From contig JAGDXR010000056.1 in assembly GCA_023261745.1 (NCBI GenBank), forward strand, positions 1-39,126: a DNA stretch of 39,126 nucleotides, read 5' to 3'. The DNA is from Thermoplasmata archaeon. GTDB lineage: Archaea > Thermoplasmatota > Thermoplasmata > Thermoplasmatales > ARK-15. How positions within the stretch are numbered: position 1 is the first letter of the stretch; every line of letters starts with the position of its first letter. The position numbers and the translations under genes are program-made. The notes beneath the pieces were generated by a model. It saw only the letters and a program-made list of their open reading frames with translations. It was not told the origin of the DNA and did no database searches. Below are positions 19,188 to 29,200 of the stretch, piece by piece.

Positions 19188-19923
19188 AGCAGTAACTGAT
19201 GCAAATACCCTAGGATTTCTCCTCATGATGCCTATCCTTTACCTTGTCATAATGGGTGTAATGATGGGATCCTTCATAGGAAGCTTCAAATATTATGGTC
19301 ATGAAACAAATTACATAATGTTTCTTGCACCTGGTATAATTGCAAGTCAGGTTCTCACAGGGGGAAGCATGGCCGGGTGGTCGTTGTGGATGGACAAGAG
19401 GACTGGAATGATCGAACAGATATTTTCAATGCCGTACAGAAAAAGTGATTACCTGATTGGAATAATAATAGCCATGACGATCATTTCAATAATTTCATCA
19501 ATGATCATGCTAATTTTCTCAATTCCATTCATAAAGATCATAATGACTGTATCCGATTTTCTTTTCATAATACTGAATTTATTTCTGGGGACATTATTTT
19601 TTGGTATGTTAAACCTGACCATAGGAATTATAGTAAAATCTAACCAGTTCATGAATCTTATAAGCAATGTTTTATACATGGTTTTAACATTTGCATCATC
19701 AATCTTTTATCCCATATCCCAGAATTCTCCTGCAGTTCTTAAATACATATCTGATACAAACCCTCTTACTTATGTTTCGAATTGCATCAGGGACGCATTT
19801 TTCAATAATATAAACGGTAACGATTACATTTCTATATTTCTTCTTGTAATACTATCCCTTATCATGACACTGATTACAATCCTCACATACAGGAAGATAA
19901 AATTTGTGAATCTATATGTCTAA
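19150..19923 (+). CDS. ABC-2 type permease
   Basis: YIMFLAPGIIA, DKRTGMIEQIFSMP, SSIFYP and NPLTY. A GGTGA SD precedes ATG 19150 (the ORF track starts at 19114). Confidence 0.88.
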   Translation: MIKIIRMSYRIIRAVTDANTLGFLLMMPILYLVIMGVMMGSFIGSFKYYGHETNYIMFLAPGIIASQVLTGGSMAGWSLWMDKRTGMIEQIFSMPYRKSDYLIGIIIAMTIISIISSMIMLIFSIPFIKIIMTVSDFLFIILNLFLGTLFFGMLNLTIGIIVKSNQFMNLISNVLYMVLTFASSIFYPISQNSPAVLKYISDTNPLTYVSNCIRDAFFNNINGNDYISIFLLVILSLIMTLITILTYRKIKFVNLYV

Positions 19924-19992
19924 TTTTCTGAAAAATCATTTTAAATGCATGGAATAATATTAAAAAATTTTTAAACAGTCTTCAAACTATTT

Positions 19993-22431
19993 TCAGATTA
20001 TTTTGCTCTCATTGTTTTCTTTTTCAACTTTTATAATTCTATCTGCAATGGATTCAAGTTCCCTTTCATGCGTAACTATAATAATCTGATTCAGATCCAT
20101 ACTATCAAGTATATCTGAAAACTTGTTAATCTGATCCCTGCTGAACCCTTCCGTTGGTTCATCCAGAATGATTATCCCTTCCCTGAGGGAATTAATCGAT
20201 TCCCTTAAAATATCATTCAGCGAGAGCCTGTAGGCGAGAGATATCGATGATCTTTCGCCCCCGCTCAGAGATGATGAATCTATATCATATGTATCCTGCT
20301 TTACATCAGGTGAAAAGTTTTCATTTATCTCGATTGATTTTGTTGGATCATTTATTAGGTATGAAAAATATGTCTGTATCTTTTCGTTCATTGTTCTCCT
20401 TATTTTTTCCATTATTATTTCTTCAATGTTTTCAACCGATGGAATATAGAATTCATCAATCCAGTTTATAACCCTCTTTAAAAGTTCAATTTTTTCTGAA
20501 ATTCTTTTCTTTTCTTCATATTCATTTGACCTAGTTTCAAGTTCTTTCATGGCCGAATCTATCTTTCCATTTGCCCTGCCCAGATCATGCATTTTTTCAT
20601 TTTCCATATCCTTCAGATTTCTGTATTTATCTTTTAAGGAATTCAAATCACCGAATATTTTATTCCTTTCCTTCAAAATTTCTTCATAGTTTTCCAGATC
20701 CTGATTAATATTTCTCACATCTTCCTCAAGTTCTTCTTTACGCTTTTTCTTTTCATCCATGGATATTTTTAATTTTTCAATTTTGTTTTTTATTTCATTA
20801 TTTCTGTTGTATAAATCGATGTTTTTTTCAAGATTTTCCCTATTAATCTTCAGTCTTTCCTTTTCCTCATTTATAACATTTATATTATTCTGAACGGCAT
20901 CAAAATCCTCTATTTCCTTTTCAATATTCATTTTTTTATTTATCAGATCTTCGATTTTCTTTTTGTTTTTTTCCAGCCTTTTATTTATTTCCGACAATTC
21001 ATTCTTTTTTTCATTCCTCTTTCTTATCAGTGCACGCACATTTCTAAGTATTTTTTTCTGGTCTTCCAGAGATTTAATTTTTTCCTCTATTTTTTTGATT
21101 TCATTTCTTTCAACATCAATCTTCTTCAGATATTCATCTTCATGTCCATGAATGGTTCTTCCGCATGTTGGACAGTATCCCTGTTTAATGATCACTTCAT
21201 AATTTTTTTCGGTAATTTCATGGACTGATCTAATTTTTAAAAGATTTTTGATTTCATTATCCAGCTTTTCAATTTCAATTTCCACATCGGATTCATTTTC
21301 AAATTCTACTGAAATTAGCTTTTTGATGGAATCTTCAATATCTTTTATACTCAAATTTAAATCTTCAGCAGTTTTATTATCATTGTTAATTTCATCATTT
21401 AAATTCTTAATCATTTTATCCTCTTCTTTAATTTCCCCTTTTTTTCTTTCAATAACATTCAATCTTTTATTGTATTCAATTAGCTTTTTATCAATTTCAT
21501 TCAATTTTTCATTGATTTTATTGTATAAATTTTTATCCGGTTCAGGTACATTCATTAAATTGGATTTTAAATCATCCATATCTTTTTCAATTTTTTTAAT
21601 TTCGTCTCTCAGGCTTTCTATCAATTTAATGCTTTTATCACGCTGCTTTTTTAATTCCTCCTTCTTTGAAATTTCATTTTCCATTTCCTTTATTTTATTT
21701 TCATGTTCATTGATTTTTATCTCATATTCTCCAATTTCTTTTCTTAGATTTTCAATTTCCTTTCCCATTCTGTTTTTCTCTGCATTCAATATTTCAAGAT
21801 TATTCTTCAAATTGTTTATAATATCCTTTATTTCATTTATATCCTGTATTCTGGCCTCATAAATTTTAATTCTCATTTCAAGTTCCTTCAGAATTTCTTC
21901 CCCATTTTGAATAATGATCCTGTATTCATCTATACCTGTCGCTCTTCTAATTATGTTCAACCTTACCTCATCATTTTCATCTAAAATTCTTCTCATTTCT
22001 TCCTGTGGAATATAGATTGCATATCTGAATATTATGGACCTTGTCCTTGGATTTTTGTATTCCTTCAGGTCAAGTATCCTTAATATCTCTGTTTTTGCCT
22101 CTTCTGCAGAATACCTGTTTATATATTCCCCGTAATCTATCGATATATCCTGAGAAAATCGGTCCCTGTCCTTTTTTACTGTTCTTTTTATTCTATATTT
22201 TTGGCCGTTTATGGAAAATTCCAGATTAACATTCCCCCTTCTTTCACCAAGGCGTAACAATTTTTCAGGGTCCACATTTGAAAATCCGAATAATGCAAAA
22301 TCAATGGCCATGAGTATTGTGGATTTTCCTGACCCGATGTCACCTATTAGAAGATTTTTTCCGCTTGAAAAATGAATTCTTGCATATTTATAGCTCCTTA
22401 TATTGTTCAGTTCAATATTTTCAATTATCAT
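19993..22431 (-). CDS. rad50: DNA double-strand break repair ATPase Rad50
   Basis: Walker A GDIGSGKST, long coiled coils with the central CPTCG zinc hook, LSGGE and ILDEPT; adjacent to mre11. Confidence 0.93.
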   Translation of the reverse strand: MIIENIELNNIRSYKYARIHFSSGKNLLIGDIGSGKSTILMAIDFALFGFSNVDPEKLLRLGERRGNVNLEFSINGQKYRIKRTVKKDRDRFSQDISIDYGEYINRYSAEEAKTEILRILDLKEYKNPRTRSIIFRYAIYIPQEEMRRILDENDEVRLNIIRRATGIDEYRIIIQNGEEILKELEMRIKIYEARIQDINEIKDIINNLKNNLEILNAEKNRMGKEIENLRKEIGEYEIKINEHENKIKEMENEISKKEELKKQRDKSIKLIESLRDEIKKIEKDMDDLKSNLMNVPEPDKNLYNKINEKLNEIDKKLIEYNKRLNVIERKKGEIKEEDKMIKNLNDEINNDNKTAEDLNLSIKDIEDSIKKLISVEFENESDVEIEIEKLDNEIKNLLKIRSVHEITEKNYEVIIKQGYCPTCGRTIHGHEDEYLKKIDVERNEIKKIEEKIKSLEDQKKILRNVRALIRKRNEKKNELSEINKRLEKNKKKIEDLINKKMNIEKEIEDFDAVQNNINVINEEKERLKINRENLEKNIDLYNRNNEIKNKIEKLKISMDEKKKRKEELEEDVRNINQDLENYEEILKERNKIFGDLNSLKDKYRNLKDMENEKMHDLGRANGKIDSAMKELETRSNEYEEKKRISEKIELLKRVINWIDEFYIPSVENIEEIIMEKIRRTMNEKIQTYFSYLINDPTKSIEINENFSPDVKQDTYDIDSSSLSGGERSSISLAYRLSLNDILRESINSLREGIIILDEPTEGFSRDQINKFSDILDSMDLNQIIIVTHERELESIADRIIKVEKENNESKII

Positions 22432-23659
22432 TTTCTATCCCGAGCCTTTTAAAAACATCATCCCTTATCCTTTTAATATAATCATCCTTTTTTTCATTTT
22501 CTCCTTGGTCCCTTGAAAGAATAGCCTTTAAATCCATCGCGAGTGAAACACCTTTATCACCATCAAGAAATTCTCGTTCAAACTTCATTTTTGAAAGATT
22601 TTCCCTGAAGACATTTTTTGATATTTCTTCATTTGTAAGTTCAAAATTGTAATATTTTTCAGTTTTTCTAACCGTTACATTAAAAGAGATTTCTACATCA
22701 AGTGCCCCCATATTCATGAGTTTATCCCTGATCTTTATTTTATTTATATCCGTAGTCTTTCCTGAAATGAGTTCTCCCCATATTTTCAATAAAACGATTT
22801 TATCCTTGACATTGAAATTTTCCACTTCATCAATGACCTTCTTATATGCACTGAGAGAATCCACACCGTCCACATCAATATTCATTAGCAATGGTATATA
22901 TCTATCATTTTTAATAAATTTATAATTCAGAATTTTGGAATCAAATTCAACTATGAAGAACCCCCTTTCACTGCCTCTTGCAAAATCTTCAAGATCTGTA
23001 AGATCTGCACCAAATAACGGTCCCGGATAAAAGAATTTCATATGATCATATTCCTTTACGATCTTTTTGTGTATGTGACCACCAGCATAGTAATCCATGT
23101 CCCTTGGAACAAGACTAACGGGTATTTCAGTTCCAAAATATTTGGTAGTTCTTGCCAACTCAGTAATTGCTGAATGAAACACAAAAATCCTGAAACCATC
23201 TGCATTTTCATAACCGTTCAATAATCTGAAGTAATCTTCTTCGAGGCCTCTCTTACGTGCCGATATTCCATAAATATATGCATTGCATTTTTTATTTATT
23301 GTTGGCCTTAATGTTATCTTCTCATTCTCAATTTTATATTTAAACACGTTTTCAAATAATCCTGCTGATTCAAGAAGATCAAATATTGATGAATTATTTA
23401 TTGAATAGTCATGGCTTCCAGGAATAGCATATATACTGATTCCAGTTTCTCTGAGTTCCTTCATCTTTTTTATTGCTTTTCTTATGGATGAAATATCAGG
23501 GTACGGATTATCGAACAGGTCACCGCTTATGATTATAAAATCCACATTTTCGTTCTTTGATGTTTCAAGTGCATTTACGAATGACTGAACGTTTATTTCC
23601 CTCAATCTTCTGTTCAGGGAACCAAGATGCACATCCGATATATGTGAAAACTTACTCAT
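22421..23659 (-). CDS. mre11: DNA double-strand break repair nuclease Mre11
   Basis: SDVHLG, SGDLFD, PGSHD, VFH and GGHIH. The likely start is ATG 23659 (MSKFSH); the ORF track starts at 23668. Confidence 0.92.
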   Translation of the reverse strand: MSKFSHISDVHLGSLNRRLREINVQSFVNALETSKNENVDFIIISGDLFDNPYPDISSIRKAIKKMKELRETGISIYAIPGSHDYSINNSSIFDLLESAGLFENVFKYKIENEKITLRPTINKKCNAYIYGISARKRGLEEDYFRLLNGYENADGFRIFVFHSAITELARTTKYFGTEIPVSLVPRDMDYYAGGHIHKKIVKEYDHMKFFYPGPLFGADLTDLEDFARGSERGFFIVEFDSKILNYKFIKNDRYIPLLMNIDVDGVDSLSAYKKVIDEVENFNVKDKIVLLKIWGELISGKTTDINKIKIRDKLMNMGALDVEISFNVTVRKTEKYYNFELTNEEISKNVFRENLSKMKFEREFLDGDKGVSLAMDLKAILSRDQGENEKKDDYIKRIRDDVFKRLGIENDN

Positions 23660-25199
23660 CAGAACCACCGATTATTTTTGTAGGCAATTTTTTCATTTCA
23701 TTTTTTGTTAAATCTTCAATTTTTGGGAAATATACGGGTACAGGAAAATCAAAAAATATTGAGGATATTATTGCCTCACCCTTCCCTAGACTCCTGATTA
23801 TGGATTTTTCCATTTCAAGATACGTTGGGGTACTTTCAACGACCTTGTTTATTTCATTGGAATTTTCAAGACCCAGTATTATAAAGGTGTTAATATTTGA
23901 AAGAATATCACTGTCAATTGGTGTTATTAACTGTGATATTGCAATCAGACCTATTCTGAACTTTCTGCCTTCCCTTGCTATTCTCATGAAAATATTATCA
24001 TTTCCTTTTTTACTGAATTCATTTGAAAGAATAATCCTTGCCTCCTCAATTACAAAAACCACATTATTTATTTCTTCCATCCTGTCTTTGTTTTTCAAAT
24101 TAAAATGTCTTTCATATATCCTGTTTGCAACCATGCTTTCTATAAGAATGGCCTGCATGTCATCAAGGTTTGAAGAATCAAGAATGACGATCCTCCCCGA
24201 TTCAAGATCTTCAACCATATTTTCTACGCTGTCTTTTACAATATTTTCCCTTGTAAATATATTGTTTTCATACAGTTCAATGTTTTCCTCTACATTTGCA
24301 TTGAAAAGGAATTCAAATTTTCTTCTCAGAGACTTTTCAGTGCTGGAAGCCATATCCGAATAATTTTTGTCAAATAGATAATCAAGCCAGACTCTATTTT
24401 CCTGTGTTTTAAATTCTCCTTTCTTCATAATGTTTTTATATCTGTTTACGAAGGCCTGAATCTGCGTGTCTGTAAAATATCCAGTATTTTCCAGATCTTC
24501 AGGAGTTATTTTATTGAGATCTATTTTTATGGAATTTGCCCCCCTGTTGTTCTGAGTATTTTTGCTGTAATATGAAACATTTTTTCTGTTCCTGAATATT
24601 TCATGATACTCATTGTGCGGATCAATTGTAAAAATTCCAATGCCTGAATCCAGTAAACTGTTGATCATGACCTTTGTTGCATTGCTCTTTCCTCTTCCGG
24701 TGGATGCAACAATAAAAACATGGTGTGATAAAATTTCCCTTGCATCACCCCTCAACTGAAAATCCTTATTATATTCATCCCCATTTCTAATATATCCAAG
24801 TAATAGATTTCCATTATCAAGATTCATCCTTTTTATATCATCTATGTTTATTTTCCTTATTATTGAAAACTGGTCCGGAATGATTTTTATTTTTTTTGGA
24901 TTCTCTGTGGATATGTCCAGAAGAGGAATAGCAATTATCTTTTTGTACATATTATCTTTTCCATAGATATTTTCCTTTAAAACACCGTTTCTTGAAAAGG
25001 ATAGTATATTTCCTGAAATTATTTCACTGCCGAGATTTCCCGTAAGTCCCTGATACTCAATATCAACAACCTTGTATACCAGCCTGTGCCTTTCATTTTC
25101 AGCAACAATCATCTCACCAAGTTTAAGGTCTATTCCAGGATTCAGCCTAATCTTTATGATCTCCGTATTTCCTTCATAAACTGCCCCTAATGCTTCCAT
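23652..25199 (-). CDS. herA: HerA DNA translocase/helicase
   Basis: N-terminal HAS-barrel-like region, ASTGRGKS, DPHNEY, IEEA and IAREGRKF..GL..ISQ; lies between nurA and mre11. Confidence 0.92.
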   Translation of the reverse strand: MEALGAVYEGNTEIIKIRLNPGIDLKLGEMIVAENERHRLVYKVVDIEYQGLTGNLGSEIISGNILSFSRNGVLKENIYGKDNMYKKIIAIPLLDISTENPKKIKIIPDQFSIIRKINIDDIKRMNLDNGNLLLGYIRNGDEYNKDFQLRGDAREILSHHVFIVASTGRGKSNATKVMINSLLDSGIGIFTIDPHNEYHEIFRNRKNVSYYSKNTQNNRGANSIKIDLNKITPEDLENTGYFTDTQIQAFVNRYKNIMKKGEFKTQENRVWLDYLFDKNYSDMASSTEKSLRRKFEFLFNANVEENIELYENNIFTRENIVKDSVENMVEDLESGRIVILDSSNLDDMQAILIESMVANRIYERHFNLKNKDRMEEINNVVFVIEEARIILSNEFSKKGNDNIFMRIAREGRKFRIGLIAISQLITPIDSDILSNINTFIILGLENSNEINKVVESTPTYLEMEKSIIRSLGKGEAIISSIFFDFPVPVYFPKIEDLTKNEMKKLPTKIIGGSDE

Positions 25200-25203
25200 T
25201 TTA

Positions 25204-26241
25204 TCACCTTATTAAATTCAGTAAATCATGAATGTTTTCATTATTCAGGTTATCTATCAAATCCGGCCTTTTTTCAACTATTTTTGTATAAAATTCATTA
25301 TGAAGATAATTAATTTCATTTTTGTTCACCCTCGCATGAGAATCAGCAAGGATCATTTGGAGTGGATATCCAGGTATATATATGTTTTCAGAATAATTCA
25401 TGAAAGTTTCCATAACACCTTTTATATCATTTCTATGAGTGTAAAGATCTATTCTGAACGAATTTGGCTGATTACTTTTAAATTTTGCAATGTAAACATC
25501 AGATTTGTAATCCGCTGAATTTACATTTCCAAGATATATGTAGCATGGGCATTTTCCTGCCCTGTCGAGTTCATTCATTACTGAATGCATTGAATTTTTA
25601 TTTTTGTCCCTCAAGGAATGAGTCTTTGAAATACCTATGAGGTATAATTTATTTGTATCCACAAATCCGGTAATTTTATCAAGAATGGTGTTTTCTCTGA
25701 TCCCCGAGGATTGCAGTGATCCATCCATAACGATTCCATCCAGAGAAATTCCATCATTCATTTTATTGTGACATATATGCATCGAATAAATTTTTTCTGC
25801 CTCTCTCATAAAAATTGTTGAATAATAATTGAATATCATATCTTCAAATACCGGGACCGAAAAATTTATTTTATATCGGCCGTGAAGGTCATGAAAAATA
25901 TCTTCTTCCTCTATTAAATTTATGTTAACCTGATCCTCATCAATATTTATGATAAGATATGAATCATAGCTTTTTATTTCAAATTCATTTTCTTTTTTTA
26001 AGACATATGCTGTCCTTAACAGATACAGAGAATTATTTTCAATACTTATTATTTCTCCTATTCCACCATCTACATAAAGAAAATTCATGTCCTCATTTTT
26101 ATTCATTTTAATTATATCATTTTCTTCAATATTATATGGTTTAAAATTGTCATGGAATTTAAGAACACTTAAAGGAAATTTCAATTCACCTTTCCTTACT
26201 GAATTTATAAACATATCCGTTGTATGATCTATGAACATCAT
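25204..26241 (-). CDS. nurA: NurA nuclease
   Basis: YVDGG, VMDGSL, GISKT and PGYP...ADSHARV; first gene of the herA-mre11-rad50 operon. Confidence 0.85.
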   Translation of the reverse strand: MMFIDHTTDMFINSVRKGELKFPLSVLKFHDNFKPYNIEENDIIKMNKNEDMNFLYVDGGIGEIISIENNSLYLLRTAYVLKKENEFEIKSYDSYLIINIDEDQVNINLIEEEDIFHDLHGRYKINFSVPVFEDMIFNYYSTIFMREAEKIYSMHICHNKMNDGISLDGIVMDGSLQSSGIRENTILDKITGFVDTNKLYLIGISKTHSLRDKNKNSMHSVMNELDRAGKCPCYIYLGNVNSADYKSDVYIAKFKSNQPNSFRIDLYTHRNDIKGVMETFMNYSENIYIPGYPLQMILADSHARVNKNEINYLHNEFYTKIVEKRPDLIDNLNNENIHDLLNLIR

Positions 26242-26259
26242 GCCTTATTACATATAAAT

Positions 26260-26275
26260 TATATAAAACATTTTC
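26260..26275 (-). promoter_or_regulatory. BRE/TATA promoter of the nurA operon
   Basis: Minus strand GAAAATGTTTTATATA about 20 nt upstream of the tandem ATGs at 26241/26238. Confidence 0.45.
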
Positions 26276-26278
26276 TTT

Positions 26279-29200
26279 TTATCTTTTTTTTCTCTTCAGA
26301 GAAAGAACAATGATCATAATACCTATGATCAATATTATCAGATATTCAAGATAAAAATAATTTCCTTTGTTATTATTTATAATTTCATTTAAATTCTTTG
26401 AAATTGTTACATTTCCAGATGTTATTTTCTGTTTATTGAGCAAAACCGTAAAATTATATTTTCCGGCGGGAACATGAAAAATGAATTCACCATTCTTTGA
26501 ATACAGTGTATAATTGATTTTTTCTCCCAGAATGTCATTTCCATAAAGAATTATTTCCGTGTCAGTCCTGTTCAGGAATGGAACGTATATGGTATAATTG
26601 AAAATCTTAAGAGATACATTTATTCTAATAATCTTCTCTGAACCGTTAATAATCAGGGTTCCATTCGTAATGTTTGTATTTATGTAATATGGTGGATTAA
26701 TCATAAATCTATATGAACCATTTGGAAGAGGAATGGACAGATTATTTTTCAGAGTATAATTCATCCTGTTTACTGAAATATTCAAAGGTATTTTCAATCC
26801 AATCTCTTCGAAAATTACACAATATTTCTGAATTTTCAAGGAAATATGCAATGTTAAATTTTCATTCAGGTAAACGGATGTATTAAAATAGTAACTTCTG
26901 TTTTCGCTGAATGCATAAATATTATAAAATCCCTGAACGAGATATACTGTAAAATTATTCTGACTTACATTATAGCTATTATTATTTATATCCAGATAAT
27001 ATGGGAAAGAATAATTTTCAGTGATAAATGTTAAGGAATACAATCTCGAAAAATATGAAGTTTCATTTATTGGAGATAGAATCTTTACCGTTATATTTTC
27101 GTATTTCCCGGTATAGGATCCATTCCCATTCCCAAGCCAGTACTCAAATTCATAATACCTTTTTTCATAGACATCTATTTTTATTATTTCAGAATAATTA
27201 TAGAATCCTGAATTTATTGAAAATTGAGCTGATCCGGAGGGATTTGAAGATACATTCAGATAAAATTGTTTTATGAAATATACATAAATGGTATAATTAT
27301 TCTTAACATTAACTAATATGGAATTATTCTTTACAAAGATTCTTTCGTATTTATTTATATTAATGTATTTTTCCATCTCAAATTTTATGGTATAATTTTT
27401 AATTTTTACAGTACAATTGCTAACAGAATAATTTATATCATTCAATGTAAAATTGATACTGAACGTTTTTGAATAATTGACAAATATTATATTTAAAAAT
27501 ATATATTTTGAGAAATTCACATATATCGTAATATTTTTTCCATTCACGATAAAATTTCCCGGATTTGCGTAATAATATGTGGAATATGCACTGTAATTGT
27601 ATGATCCGTTGGGCATATATAAATTATAAATCCTGTTTTTTATGCTTATATTGCCGAATCCTGGAATATTCAGATACCATGAAATGTTCATGTTTGAAAT
27701 AAAGGTAACATCATATTTTACCAGATAAAACTCTATATTAATAGTTTTATTTTCATTTAAATATACATGCCCCGATGAAATGTTTGATCTGTATCCACCA
27801 GGTGGTATGATCCTAAATGAATAATTTCCTGGAAGAAGAAATAGTACAATGTTCTCATTTGTAGTATTGTAGTAAATATTGTTTAAATCAATTTTCCAGT
27901 AATAACCATCCGGCAATCCGTATTCATGAAATACAAGAAAATGTCTTTTATTGTATGTCTCGTAGTATTGGAATGAATTCCAGAGACCAGATTGAGGAAA
28001 ACCTCCATTCTGGTTCATGGAAAATATTGAAATGGCCTTGATTCCATTTTTTAACGTGTAATTTATCCTTAGATTCAAATCTTCCATCGTGAATGGCATA
28101 TTTGTTGAATAATTTATATCAGACAGAATAATCATTATCTGAGCCTTTGTAAGATACTGGCCTGTGGAGGAAATGATGCTGTTTACAGCTTCCTGAAAAC
28201 TGTAATTTCCCATATAAAATGTTTCATAAGCCATGATGGCATAATAATCAGCGTAAAGCGGAATTACGGGATGATATATATACCAGAAAAGCATGGAATT
28301 CGGAATGCCGTTATATGCCGGGTCAACAGCCACTATCAGTTTTTTATTAACTTTGTGAAGTGCAATGGAAAAATTGTTCAGGAACATAACAAACCTGAAT
28401 GAATCATTGGTGGAAAAATCTGCATTTGAGGGATTTTCGAAGTCTATTGAATATCCCGAATAATTATATTTCAAAGATAGGTTCACCGCATAACTGATCA
28501 ATTTATCTTGAAGTGAAATATTATATAAAACAAGATCTGTCTTTGAGATATTGTAATCATTTACAATCATGGGAAAAGTTGGAATTTTTAATTTTTCTGA
28601 AATGTTGGTTATGTTATCATCACCGAAATAATTCAAGCTCCCTGAAGAAGTTATATTGTAAGATTCATATTGTATTCCATTCATCAATTCTGAATAATTT
28701 TTAAGATCATTCCAGTATCCATAGTAATCTGGATATATGTATGGAATGAATAGATTCAATATTCCATCATAATAAAAGTTTACATATACTGTTAAATTTT
28801 TGTTTACATACAAATTAATGGTTGCTGGATTTGCAACATATCCCCTGGAAGAAAATGACAGTGTATGATTTCCATTATCAATGTTCAGAGTTACATTTCC
28901 GGTGAAATTGAATGTTACTCCATCAATATTCAGGAACCATGTATGATTTTCAGGGAGATTCAGAGGTATGATGTTAATTTTAGAAACAGTATTAATTAAA
29001 TCCATTGAAAAGTTGAAAGCATTGATGGAACCCCATCCCGAAGCATAATCCCAGCCCTGTTTAGCCCAGTAAATGGTCTCATTGTCATGATATCCTGCGG
29101 GTGTCTGGATGACATCCCAATATGGAGAATATGGTAATTTTTTATTTTCCGATCCAATTCTATAAATTAAAGGATCAATGAACCCAAATTTTTGATTTGT

